Assembly (NCBI GenBank): GCA_026023565.1
Contig: JAPETS010000033.1
Coordinates: forward strand, 248,001-312,000
Source: Cirrosporium novae-zelandiae
Lineage: Eukaryota
Reading direction: 5' to 3'
DNA: 64,000 nucleotides
This document shows, in pieces, positions 51,244 through 64,000 of this stretch (the first letter of the stretch is position 1; every line of letters starts with the position of its first letter). A model generated the notes under the pieces. It saw nothing but the letters and a program-made list of their open reading frames with translations, did no database searches and had not been told where the DNA came from. Made by a program: the position numbers and the translations under genes.

Positions 51244-54200
51244 CGACGGAGGTTAGGAGCTTAAGGAGAGGGAATGAACATGAAAGGGAAATGGGGGAAG
51301 CAGAAAAAAAATCCTGTGTATTATATAAAACAAGGCTATGAGATCGATCGTGATTGCTTTTCTATCTCTTTTTTTTTCAAGCAGGTGGCTGCATTTGTAT
51401 GTACGATAGTGAGCGATGAGTGATGGAGATACCCCCTATTCGTGACGATAGTGATAGATACAGATGAATGATAGGATGTATAACAGGAATAGTTTATCCC
51501 TTCCCCATTTCTAGGGGATTCAGAAGACCACGCAAATAGATGGAAGGAGAACAGGGAATAGACATCACCACCACCACCATCATCATGATTCAGTTATTTC
51601 TGACGGATGATATCAACCAGCCCAACAATCCGACACCATATGCATATTCCATCCATTTTTCCCCGCTGAGGCGAATCTCCGGTCCGAAAAAAAAAAGTAA
51701 ATAATATGGAACGCACAACGTGTACAATGATAGGAGGATGGCGGGATTTGCTTGTTAGATGCATACAGTTACGAGAGCGCAAACAAATTATAGACCCTAG
51801 GGCAGGTAACTTGTGCGCCTCTCACCTACCCGGATAAACTGCTCCTGCTGGGCTCTTCAGCTCGGTATCCATCTATCCATACATACATCAGTAGACTTGT
51901 CCCATCCCGCCTGAGTAAGCCTACGGCCAAGTCTTATAACTTCATGTATCCATTGCAGTTCCATAAACTCTTTATGGTTATTTTTTTTTTCATTCGGGAC
52001 TTGATTGGCATATTTATTGGGCTTGAAGAGAATAGTGCGGTGGGGGAGGGAGGAGAGAGTGGGGCCGGTGGAGCTTTGCTAGAGATAGACATGGAGGTTG
52101 TGGTCTTGATGGAGACTGAAGGATTTGAGAGCGAGATCTGGGGATATGGTTAGTTGGTTTGCTAGAACTTGAGAGAAAAGAACGAGGACGAGGGATGGGA
52201 TAGGATGGGACAGCATAGATGAGGGATTTATACAGATATAGATATATATTAACTAGCTGTATATGAGTGATACTGACCAAGTTTGACGGCTTGATGAAAT
52301 ATAACAATGACGGCGGTGGTGGTGGTATGTTTACACCATCTAGTTAGCTTGTCTCGTCAGCTATCCAATAAACATCCGTCCTAAATATCAAAATTCCAAG
52401 AACATTAAGGGTTCTCTTTCTTTCTTTCAAATGCATTGTTCTGCTGCTCTGTTGAATCTCGCGGAAAGATACTTTGAAAAGGAAAACAAAACCAAAACTC
52501 AAGCTGCCCCAACCTCTCTGCCACGCCTCTGCCACGCGCAGAATGCGTGGGCGCGCCTTGTCTCGAAGATAAGATAACCAACTTTTCCCACGTTTTACAT
52601 GCCAAAATTACCCGCAGGCACCTAGTTGAGCCTAAGCCCCAAAAGCCCTATCGGCAAGCTCCTCCCTCCCCATCATCTCATCCATCATCATCCCCCCCTT
52701 GGCAATCCACGACGGCAATTCATCAGCGGCCCTTCTCTTAGGGCAGAAAACAACTAGCGCGTCGGAGTAATTACCTGGTCATTGGACACAATTAACCCGA
52801 CCACGGTTTTACAAAGCCTGGATGGAAATTGAACAAACTGCGTGATTCACTTACATACAATTGAACGGTGAATGGATGAATGATGGGATCAGATGATTTA
52901 ACTAGAAAATGCTAGGAATTGAACTGACAAGAAACTACTGGGTAAAATTGATTAGTTCAGCAACAACCTGGGTGAATTTTCTTGAAAAAAAAAAGGGTCC
53001 TTTCTCGAAACCCAGACCACCTAATTCCATAATCAACTTAGTACTCGAGTATGACAGGACAAGTGAAGGATGATGAGCAATGTAAATCTCCCATTTAGTT
53101 AATCAAGCCATTCCCTTACCTCTTCTCTCCCTGTCAGTTTAATTGATTAAGCAGCAGTGGCCGTTTCAGAGAACGAACTTAAAAAAAGGAGGAGGGTCTT
53201 TTTATCCTTTATCTTTGTATAGAAGGTAGGAAACCTACGAAAGTACAGTACATGGGTTCATTTTTACCATGATTGGTTGGCTCTAGAAGTTTTTTATGTT
53301 TGGCTTTTTCCGTCCATGTTTCCATCTTTGGCATCGTATTTTTTGCTTCTACAATATATGTTGGTTGGTTTCTTTTATGCACTACACTGGAGGTGGTGTT
53401 GATCGGCATAGAGTGGATGTAGAGGAAGCTGATGAATGAGGTTTCAGTTTCCATGAATGGTAAGTTACAGAGATGGCTAATTAGTTGATTGTGTATTGTA
53501 TCGTGTATTGGATAGTGTATTCTATTGTGTAATTGTTGTCTAAGAACCGCTGGCGCTTGGATAACCGCATGACAGGCAGACTGACAGGCCAGAAACCTTA
53601 TCGAACACGACTATTTACTTATAATAGTAAGCGAACAACTTGAAGATGCATTGTATCCATTGTATCACTTGCCAATATGAATTTTTGGCATTGAAACATG
53701 TTGATCTTTGTATGTACTTGAAGCCTTTCCTGATTGTTGTGCGCTGACGGCAGTTGCTTCTAGCTTGGTTGGATTTACACATGGAACACCTTTATCCTGT
53801 CAATCCATTTCACCTTGGACCAATGTCAACATTCCATCAAGCAAGATACTGGGAACAAGTGTCTAAAAACGAGTATGCAGAAATTGCGTAACTTGCTTGG
53901 CCCCTTGGGTTAAGACGGCTTCATGGCACCCGCTGTCTTGCCGTGGCTTGATGAGGGTCCAGCTTTACCATACACAGCAATGACAAGAAAATGCCAATCC
54001 CACAATGGCAAAATGTACGTGACGTTTCCTTTCCATCTGGCACATGCCCGTTAGCCTTCCCGATCATTATCCTTGGGTCCCGGTGTCAAAAAATGGATCG
54101 AAAAAAGATCTGCAGGATTCGGAAATGTCAGAGAGGAAATAGATGGTAAGTTAATGGTAATGGTCTTTGGGTCTAATCTGTGGCTAGGTAAAGTGGAATG

Positions 54201-55756
54201 AAATGGCGGGCGGAGCCTCCATCCAAATTTTAGCTTTGAAAATTCAAAAAAGCAACAACGAGCTTGATTTGGTTAATCCTCCATTTAGGATTCGACCAAA
54301 CACCCTTCTTGTTCTAGTTATAAGTAGGGGAAAAGCCATGAACCCACAAAAAAAATAACAAGCCGGAGTTTTGACAACTAATAACGCGATGATGGCGGCC
54401 ATCCACCAAGGCGTGACGAAAAAATAATAAAGAAAAAGGTTCATTCGCAAGAGTCTCTTCGTGTTTTTCTCCAAGGTCCCACAGTCAAATCTTGGTTTAG
54501 TGACAGAAGGGGCTTTTGGATGATTTGAGTTTTTCTAATCTCCACGGGTAGAACCGGGCGGGTCGTTTCACCCCTCAAAAGGATAATCTGGGCTACTTTG
54601 AAAGGAACTATAGCTGCACTGTACATGGTAAAAGAGGGATATAAAGTACGATTAGTATGCTCTATGGGAGCTGTGTAAGATATTTCCTAATTAACTCTAG
54701 ATCTCGGTCGTTTATCCGCTTAAACGCTCAGCTTAACCCGATCTGGTTGCACGTAAGCGCAACCGCCTGCTCGTTACCTGCATCCGTAACCCTTATCCGT
54801 AACAAGAAAGGAAATGCATTTAGATCCCGAATCCTATTTTCCTTCTATCCAGCATTTGTTAAAACTTCCGAAACTCAACCCGTTATTAAGGTTTTGATGG
54901 ATCTGTACTTGTCGATATCGTTCTGTAGGAATAAAGCAAGTTATATAACAGGTTTCTTATCTGAGTTTATTTTTACGGCAAAGGCTCGAAAGGGACTAGA
55001 CCATACATCCATCCTTCCGGTATTTACGAAACTATACCTATTTAAAATACCAAATCGTCAGCCTCATCGTCTAATGTGACAATACTATTCCACTTCCGCG
55101 TAACTGGTATTGACTGGGAATCCTGGTACCAGCTTAGAGATGAAATTCTCTGGTATCAAATCCTCAGAGATTTGAACCAGTCGAGCTTAACTCATAATCG
55201 ATTATGCAAAAATCAAGGAAGATATGTCAACTTGAGCTGTAATAGACCAGAAGGTTAGCCTGTTCCAAACCTTCGAACGAGTCGGGTCGATACAAGCATT
55301 TTCTACTCTCATCCTTCAACCCTAGAAGTCCTTGCGTGGAACTACGCTGGTAGTGGCGAAGGTTGATCCGCGGTTAGCTCAGATAGTTCAAACAATCTAC
55401 AACTCTTGCCCAATCCACCTGTGCCTTAGTGTTATTTTCCCAAATTCCGCTTTGTTCGTTTCCTGATCTCGACGGCAATGCATCTTCAAGTTCGCACACA
55501 TCCTTGACCTTTTTCTCAACGGTCTAAGATTCTTAGAATTGAACAGGCCTTTTCTCTCTTGTCTTTGTTTTTTATCAAAGGGGACAATCGTCTGTCGTCT
55601 CCCTTGATTTGTTAACCCCGTTGTTTATGCTTCCAAAAGCTCTTTTCGAAGACTCATTGCCATGAGTGTGTCACAGTCTTTCGTCCATCCTTTGTGTTAT
55701 CTTTTGTTGTTCCTTCTCTCCTTCTGAGACCTTGACGGCAAAATAGTCTGACGAAG

Positions 55757-57257
55757 ATGACTGAAACTCCGGAAAGCATGCAACGGTCTGGGATCGTTGT
55801 GACCGCCGTTGCTACCCTATTTGTGATTTTACGATTTATTGCTCGAGGAACTCAAAAAGTCTCATACGGCCCAGATGATTATATCTTGTTGGTTGCTTTG
55901 GCATTCTGTCTTACATGTCTGGGAGTATATCTAGGAAGTAATTGTTTACCAGTTTCCAAGCGGTGAAATTTGACTGATGATGATAGTGATTCATTTCGGG
56001 TTGGGAAAGCACTCTGCAGACTTGACAGCTGAAGCGAATATGAGGATGCTCAAGGTATGCCCAACTATATAAAAAAATCGAAATCTACTCACATCGGGAT
56101 CGCAAGCTGCTTTACGGGTACGAGATTATATACATCATTTCGATAGCGATTATCAAATTCTCCATCCTCATCATGTACTATCGTATTTTCCCCCTGCCAA
56201 CATTACGGAAAGGTCTCTTGGCGATTGGAGTCGTTGTTGTAGCGTGGATGATTTCAATTACCGCTGCCGCCGTATTCCAATGCACGCCCATCAACAGAAT
56301 ATGGGACGGTTCGGTTTCTGGAAGCTGCATCAACATCAAAGCCTTGTTCATAGGGAACGGTGTTCCCAATTTCACAACCGACATTGTTATTTTATCGCTA
56401 CCGATACCCAGTCTCTGGAGACTCCAAGCTAGCTTGGTTCAACGGCTTTCGATTATTGGAATTTTTCTTCTGGGTAGTTTGTAAGGAATCCTCCCCCTTT
56501 TCATTTCCGCCCCCACCACTAACAATTTTGTGCTACAGCGTCGTTTTCGCGAGCGTCTACCGCTTTGTCTGTTTTCTAGATTTCTCCGCTCTCGATGTAG
56601 CCCGTAAGTTTTCTCTCCCCATCAAAAAACAATATAGTCTCCCACATAAATTCCCACATAATCCCCAAACCCTAACCCCCCAAAAACTAACCCCCCACCC
56701 CCTCAGGAACAATCGCAACCCCCGTCCTCTGGACCCAAGTAGAAATTTCCGTCGGCATAATCTCCGCCTGCCTCCCCACCCTCCGCCCCCTCTTCCGCCT
56801 CGTCTCCACCCAGTTCAGTTCCCAAAACAAATCCTACCAACAAACCCAATCCGTCCTGCCCCTGGGGGGACTCTCCCATTCCCACAAATCTACTACCGGC
56901 TGTCACAACCATAACCATTCCCACAATCACAGCTATACGCAAACAGGACATTATTACCAGTGTGAAGATGATTCGGAGTTGAGACCGGGGTATGATAAGG
57001 TGGAGAGTAAGGTTAAGGTTGAGAGTAAGGTGAGGGGGGGGAGGAGTGGAGGGAAGAAGGGGGGGAAAGGGGGGGATGGGGATAGTAGTGATGGGGATAG
57101 CGATGAGGCGCCCCTGCGGCCCGGGGAGATTGTGGTACAGAGGGAGTTGAGGTGGGAGGAAGAAGGGGGGAGTGGAAGTGGAACTGGGAGCCATCAGGAG
57201 GAGGGGGATAGTACTAAGGGGGGCAGTAGTGTTAAGGGGGGGGTGGTAGGGTTGTGA
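55757..57257 (+). CDS. PTH11-like (fungal rhodopsin-domain) integral membrane protein without CFEM, multi-intron
   Basis: LRFIAR...YGPDDY, HFGLGKH, IKFSILIMYYRIFP, FQCTPI...W...GSCIN, TDIVILSLPIP, and last exon WTQVEISVGIISACLPTLRPLF. Confidence 0.88.
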
Positions 57258-58346
57258 TTTTTCGATTGGTGGATGGCCTGTGGGCTGGGTGGTCATTTTT
57301 GTATATAGGAGACCCCGGCCGGTTCGGTAGTAAACCCCAAGAGGGTTATTTCTCGCATAGAGAGATATAATATATACGCCGACTAATTGATTGATTCATT
57401 TTCGGAAAAAAATTTTGTCCCTAATACCTACCTACCTGATTGATGGTTGTGGATATTGATCAATTACAGATTCAGGATCCCAGCATTTCAGCATTCAGCA
57501 TTCAGCATATTATTATATACGTATGTCCCCTTATCCAGACTTATTTCCATAATTTCTAATGATTTTCTTATATATATATACAAAGAAAGAAAGAGAAGGA
57601 TCGATTGATTAAAATTGATTCATTCATTCTCAGTTTTTTTTCGTCTCTGGTTAGCTTAGTTGCTAGGTTCTTATGATGATGATGGTTGTTGTTGGTCCGA
57701 ATAAACTGAATCAATCAATCAATCTAATTACAGAACTCAGGATATTATATATGGTATATCCTATCCTATATCCTTACTATCCAGACTTCGTTCGTTCCTT
57801 CCTTCCGAGGGTCTCACGTAGAGCATAAGGTAGACTGAATTGGATAGATAGATTCATGATTTAGCATTCAGCGTTCAGGGGTATATTTATATCTTGTATA
57901 TTTTAAATCCTTATCCTTATCCTAACTACAGTTGCTCTGGACGTGTATCCCCGAGTTTCTCTCTCATAGAAAAAGAGAAAGAGAAAGAGAAAGAGAGAAA
58001 CCGATTAACGGGATTTATTCTCAATTTTTTCTTTCATACGTCATTTTCGCCTTCACAGCGTTCATCTTCACCCGCCACTATTTAAAGGAGATCGCGGTTA
58101 TATGTACACAGCTAACAGCCAAGCCATTTAATCCTCCACATTCAATGACACATCATCTACATACAACAACTTCGAAAGCCCCACAGCAACCCCTCCTCCT
58201 TGGAAGATTCAGGAGATGTGAGGCCAATGGAGGTTGTCTAAATGAGAGTTCAGTATCCGAATGAAGGGATTCGAAGATACATTTTCGGTGTTCACTACGT
58301 ATATACCCACCTACCTATGTACCTCCGGAAAGCGGTCGTCTTTCTA

Positions 58347-58641
58347 TGTGACCTGCGACAGAGTCATTGACCGACCACCTCCCTGGAGTTTTACTCCGCT
58401 ATGCTTTTGATCAATAGGCCAGGGATATCCCTCGTATCGAGAGGGGTTCCTTGGCCTCCTGCTGCCTCACTTCCGGGAATGCCCTTATGACTTGGTGCTT
58501 AGCCTATAGTGACTGTGTGGTCCTCCTCCTAGGGCTAAGTCGCGTAGCTATATATTCTTTGAACAATAGCCTAGTCACCTCCAAGACTCCTTCCCCCGAT
58601 CTTTGTGATTGCTTGCTTGAAATTCTAGCATAACCGTGACA
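58347..58641. mobile_element. Possible degenerate solo LTR
   Basis: About 295 bp, TGTGAC...CCGTGACA, with an internal TATATA; its right end (reverse complement TGTCACGGTTAT) resembles TGTGACGGTTAT at about 6457. Confidence 0.35.
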
Positions 58642-58992
58642 TGCTGCCTCATTGTGTCCCTATGTACCTACTAGGTTGCGGTCTCTAGAACCATTCTGAC
58701 TCCCTAGAGTTCGATATCAAAGGCCTCTTTATTATCTATCACCTAGATGGGCCTTTCTCGTTACCCATTACCCCCGGGGTTTCTAGGGTATTCTTCTATA
58801 CTGCCTCTGCCTCCGATCCTTCAAATCTTAAGACATGATCCGTCAGACCAGTCAATATATGTGTTCATAGGACAACGTTAATGCTTCAAAGTATGATTGA
58901 TTCCTCCGGTGAGATGAGCAATCTCTCTGGGGAAGTCTCCTTATACTTGCTAGAGTAGTATATGTTCTACTCTATAAGCAGGATCAATCCAC

Positions 58993-59097
58993 CAGCGTTG
59001 TTGAGAGGCTGGCCCAATAGATGGTCTATACCTTAGACTGACTATAGACCTTAGACCGATAGACTAAGGGGGTCGGTCTGGTCTATCGACAACGGTG
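58993..59097. mobile_element. About 105-bp MITE-like member of the TAGACC-repeat family
   Basis: Imperfect terminal inverted repeats CAGCGTTGTTGAGAGG / GTCTATCGACAACGGTG with internal TAGACC repeats. Confidence 0.55.
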
Positions 59098-60633
59098 GGG
59101 TTCACCGCTCCTTAAGCCAGTCAGTTGGCCAGCGAGATCTTATCCCATCGCCCCCCTTCATGGCCCTTTCCCCTAAAGCTCTTCCTCCATCCACTCCTCT
59201 AATCCCACCCCCCCACCTCCATCTCCCGCCCCACACCCTTACCAACAAAAATATAGAAAACAGAATTAATCCATATATCCCTCAAAGAACTCAGCCCCCA
59301 TAGCATCTCTACACTACACTTACGTCAAGAAAGGTCTGTCTTGGTCACGATGAGATTCTTTAGCTCATATAGAAAGGATAGATACGATATTGGCATTGTG
59401 TTATATTGACAATAACAATACCCTGTCGAGAGCTTCCCTCTTACAGCATATATGGAGCATCATAGTAATATACTATACAAATAGAGGGTTCCAAGGTCAT
59501 CGATAGCCGAAAAAAAATGGAACTATATAGAAAGCCATCATATCAGAAATTTGCCAGATTTGTGAATTTTATGAACGGGTGAAGATGTAATAATCTAGAC
59601 CCTTTTCATGAAATCTAGTCTTTATTAAACTATTAGTTAAGAGCCGACAGAAGCTCACCAAGTACTAGTTGATGTGTTCGATGCATGCTTAATGAGAAGA
59701 ACGATTCTAGTGCTCGGGATATAGTCGGCTGTTGCTTCTCCAAGTCATTAAAGTTGAAGCAGTAATAGGCGATTGCTCGGGTATACTAGCCAGGCTCAAC
59801 AACTTAAATTTATCTTTCCACATCTAGGGATTCCATACAGCCAAATTATTGATTTTCTAGCTCAAATGCACTTTGCTTTTGATCAACCATGTACCAGTCT
59901 CAGATTGTCGTTTCTGCATGCCGCAGCATGGTTGAGAGATGATCTGGAGGCAATAACCGACAATAGATCCTGGTGCGCTGTTCATCTGATTTCTCATCAG
60001 CTGGAACATTCGGGAAAGAATGTGATGGGGATCCATCTACCTGTTTTCTTGAGTACCGATGTTTTGAATATCTAATGTAAACTAGCAGCGCACTGACTTT
60101 GGTCCACAGCCTCGGTAGTTCTTCAACCTTGCCTTGTTGCACCATTGTTGCAATAATTGTGCGACCCCAGAGTCACTAAAGAAAGGAACGGCTAAGCCAT
60201 ACAAACAACTAACTTCTAACTTGATATGTCGGCAAGGATCGTTTACGAGATACAATGACCATTCAGTTCTGACCAACTAGATGGTGCGATCTAGAACCCC
60301 TAACTGCTGCAATAATATCGCCCCTAGCATGCAGCCCTACAGATGACATTCAGTACGAATCAGATATCCAGCTACCAGATACCTCGGTGGTTGGATACTA
60401 AGAAGCCTGTCAAACCCAGGGATAGAATATGGCTATAAGAAGAGGGGAAGAGGTTGTTGACAGGAGTTCTAGTAGTCAGGCAGATTTGCAGTTTTGGCTC
60501 TCTTTATTAGTCCTCTCTCTGACAGGAAGTTTCTTACCCCACTTCAAGAATTGAACACATTCACATCTAGTGAAGAAAATCAGGAATCCTCCTCTACTTA
60601 GTATCTTAGAAGCGCTTTGAAATTAGACATACT

Positions 60634-63013
60634 ATGTGTGGACTTAACGCATTTTTGAGCTACGGGCAGCCCGACGGAAGCTCATTCGAAGCCAATTCAA
60701 CTGGTCCAAATGATGTAGAAGAAGCTGTTGACGCTGGTTTAGACATCATTGAACATCGTGGCCCAGATGCACGTGGCAAGTGGATTAGTGCTGACCATCG
60801 AGTCGGTATGTTCTATTCATCCCTAATACATCATGTCTAGAAAGATGATACTAAACTGGAATCAAATCATAGGTCTCGGACATGTTCGTCTCTCGATTGT
60901 CGACCTCAGCCCCGATGGCAACCAGCCGTTCCATGACAACGACAATGGCATTCATGCTGTGGTCAATGGAGAGCTCTATGAGTATGAAAAGCACCGAGCG
61001 GAGCTAGAAAAAGACTATACATTCCAGGGGAACAGTGACTGTGAGATTGTCATTGCTCTATATAAAAAGTATAGTATCTCATTTGTCTCTCGACTGAGAG
61101 GAGAGTTTGCATTTGTAATTTGGGATGAGAAGCGACAACTATTCTTCGCCGCGCGAGACCGATATGGAATCAAGCCTCTCTATTATACGAGGATCAACAA
61201 TCAAATTTTGGTTGCGTCGGAAATGAAGTGTTTCTTACCTTTCGGGTGGAAGCCGGAATGGTGCCTCCAATCATTGAAAGAAACTTCATGGATGTTCCAC
61301 TCTGGAACAATCTTCAAGGAAGTTTATAAGGTTAGCACACTGACAGATCCGAAAATGAGTAATTGGATATAATATTGTTGATCCGTAATATGTGTTAATT
61401 GATGTTTCTTAGGTCATGCCTGGTCACTATTTACTCAGCAAGGGATTCGGTGCAATGGAGGAGAAACCCTACTGGGATCTCGATTACCCGGACAAGGTAG
61501 GAACTCTTACAGAAGTTACCCAAGTCGAATTCAAGTTGACAAATTCAAAGAGAGAGGTAGAGACAAGATCAGAGGAAGAAATGATCCTTGGAGTTAGAGA
61601 GCGCCTCCTTGATGCAGTACGGTTACGCATGCGAGCAGATGTACCCTTGGGGATATATCTCAGTGGGGGAATTGATTCCTCTGCCATTGCAGGCATGGTG
61701 ACTCATTTGATTAAACAAGGGGTAGAAGCCGGAAGTGACAAATCTGGAGACATCTCACATATCAAATGCTTCAATATTCAATTTGAAAAAGATAGCGGGG
61801 TAGATGAGTCTGGTCAGTCCCTACCTCTTCTCACAGATATAATAACGCTATATTGATCTTGAATGAAGATGTTGCGAGACGTACTGCGGAGTTTCTCGGT
61901 CTTGACTTCTGTACCGTTTACATGGACGAAGAAACCATAGCCTCGAGGATTGAGGCTGCGGTTTGGCACAGCGAAACACTTTGTCCGGGTAGCAATGGAC
62001 CTGGAAGACTGGCTGTCTCTGAGCTGGCCCGCTCCAAGGGGCTTAGAGTCATTCTTACAGGTAGGTGACCAACCTCTTCTTGTCATGGTTATTGTGGGAC
62101 GGACTTTCGCAGTGAAAGATTTCCTAAGAACAAAAATTAACTTTGTCTCCTTTTCTCCACAGGTGAAGGATCCGACGAGCATTTCGCGGGTTACGACTAT
62201 TTCCTCCCTGAAAGGCTTCGAGAGCCTGATCCTGCTTGGCCATATTTGCCTTTTTCCGACGACGATCTGCGCAAGGCTTTGTCAGTCAAGGACGAGAAAA
62301 GTTTATTTGGACAAGCGGCTTCAACAGAGCCTCACACCGTTAATCGCATGCTGAACAACTCAGCCATAGCCAGCGGACTTTCTAGGTACACTCCAGCTCC
62401 ATTCGCGCCTTGGACGAATTCTTTGCTTACGAGTACGACCGATATCGCGTTTGCCGAGGGACTGGACGGCATGGTCCGCGAAAAAATTGCAAATAAATGG
62501 CATCCCCTCCATACCGCAGAGTACACCTGGGCCAAGTCCATTCTCCCTAACGTAATACTACGATACCTTGCGGATGGTCTTGATATGGTCTATCAAGTTG
62601 AAAGTCGGCCACCATTCTTGGATCACTACTTCACCGAATATGCAAACAATCTACCGCCAAGCTTAAAGATTAAGTATGTTCCTGAAACTGGACGCTTTCA
62701 CGAGAAGTACATTCTCCGAGAAGCTGTTAAGCCATTCATCACCGAAGAGGTTTACAGACGCAAGAAACAGCCGTTTAAAGGTCCAGCAAAGTATGCGCGT
62801 AATGGACCAATACACAACCTTTTAATAAGACTCATCACAGAAGAGAATGTTAATCAGCTGGGTTTTATAGATTGGCTTGATGTACAAACCATAATGCATA
62901 AGGCATTCCAGGAATATGATGGTCCATCTGTCAGACAGGCCATGTCTGTTGCACAATTTATTATTCTTGCACAACGATTCGGGGTCGAAAAACCTTTTTG
63001 TATGAGAAACTGA
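60634..63013 (+). CDS. Asparagine synthetase (glutamine-hydrolysing)-like amidotransferase, AsnB-type, multi-intron
   Basis: N-terminal MCG (Ntn nucleophile Cys), HRGPD, GHVRLSIVD, NGELY, RDRYGIKPL, LSGGIDSS, spliced TGEGSDE, VESRPPFLD, EKYILREA, RRKKQPF. Confidence 0.92.
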
Positions 63014-63705
63014 ATGGCGGGGCAGGATAGGGACTTGACAAAGTTAAGTCAGGGAATACGTGAAAGGAAATCACGTGGATAATGTGATCCAACATCACGT
63101 GGGGTGACTGTATGATCTGGAGGTCATACGGATAAGAGACAGATCATTACATCAGACAGATCAATGAGGAATTGATTGACCTAGGAATGACTATAAACAA
63201 CCTCCTCCATAATTCAGGACCTATGTAGTCAATTCAATTCATTGGTTTCAATAGCAGCCAATTGAACGAAGGTAATGCCTATAGGGCTTGTTGAGTTACG
63301 AGGTCTAGAATGAGAGGAAGATTGACTAGTAGTAACAATATTTGTCTTGACTTGAGTGTTGTGTTCTTTTAGTTAGGCTACAGTAATTTGTTGGAGGTGA
63401 AAAATATTACTCTGGCGTCTTGGCACTCCTTAGCCCATGGTTCTTACAACTCAACAGGGCTCACCTTGAGCAAAGCACCTCATATCTCACGTTGCATCCT
63501 CCCTTCTGTTGATTACTGGGAAACCTCTTACAACTAGGGCCTACCTAGCTCGGAACCCTAAGTTATTCAACACTTAGTTCGATGTCATGTCATAATGATT
63601 GAATTGTTAAGCAAAGGTAAAAAGCGATAGTCCCTTCCGTCACACTCATTTTGGCAATGAGATGCTAATGTTATCGCGTTATAGCTATATCTCTATGGTT
63701 ATTGC

Positions 63706-64000
63706 CTAGCCCTTGAACTCTCTCTGCCCCTTTAATGCCTGAGCCAATTGTTCTGGATACCACCTCCGCCCAACATCTGGATGACTTGTTAACCGCGCCG
63801 TAAAAATTCCCATTCCGGGACTCTGTAGGTGGTATTTGGCGAAAAATGCCTCCGCATCCGATTTCACTTTCTCATCCTTGACTAGATCTCTAATATGCGT
63901 GGGGAGCTTCAAGGACAACAAGTCTTCGTGGGTCAGATCTAGCTTCAACGTTTGAAACACTGGATAAGAAAACCGCGGTCCGAGCGGGTCTCCATTCGCA
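63706..64000 (-). CDS. 3' end of a probable 2OG-Fe(II) oxygenase (IPNS-like family); runs off the window
   Basis: Frame open to the window edge: GPRFSYPVFQ (RxS motif) and a RLTSHPDVGRRWYP tail. Confidence 0.6.
   Translation of the reverse strand, partial: ANGDPLGPRFSYPVFQTLKLDLTHEDLLSLKLPTHIRDLVKDEKVKSDAEAFFAKYHLQSPGMGIFTARLTSHPDVGRRWYPEQLAQALKGQREFKG

Noticed and set aside
51300..55700. Short ORFs in the long intergenic region upstream of the PTH11-like gene
   Set aside because: No recognisable motifs or consistent splice structure.
56703..57296. 197-aa Pro-rich minus-strand ORF
   Set aside because: Antisense to the G-rich last exon of the PTH11-like gene.
59500..60300. Possible gene relic upstream of the AsnB-like gene
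   Set aside because: No assignable motif; the ORFs are short and lack convincing starts.
63070..63102. Two ATCACGTGG (E-box) sites
   Set aside because: They lie between convergent 3' ends rather than in a promoter, so function is unsupported.

Overview
Genomic DNA of a filamentous ascomycete (Pezizomycotina-type GT-AG introns with CTAAC/CTGAC branch sites). Conserved genes: 3' part of a Ppo/linoleate diol synthase-type dioxygenase-P450 fusion, a PGC1-like GDPD phosphodiesterase, a bZIP/DUF3425 factor, nucleoporin Nup188, a peroxisomal 4CL-like acyl-CoA ligase, RPL5, an Mhp1/Gip3-like LRR protein, a single-pass S/T-rich membrane protein, a PTH11-like membrane protein, an AsnB-like amidotransferase and the 3' end of a probable 2OG-Fe(II) oxygenase. 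Two accessory islands interrupt them. Island 1 (about 4-11 kb) holds a double HeLo-like-domain gene broken by one in-frame TAG and a DUF2235 hydrolase-GTPase fusion. Island 2 (about 26.5-41 kb) is rich in transposon relics and pseudogenes. Its main feature is three neighbouring, otherwise unrelated genes (27832-28350, 30297-31268, 33274-32442) that each carry two copies of the motif N-x-[AT]-x-[GE]-x-[AS]-x-Q-[IVFL]-N, 29-31 aa apart. This resembles a HET-s-related amyloid motif. One carrier has a HeLo/SesA-like N-terminal domain, another has seven PPxY motifs, and a frameshifted NLR-like N-terminal fragment lies next door. Together they form a candidate amyloid-signalling cell-death cluster. 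All family calls come from reading motifs by eye; no searches were run.
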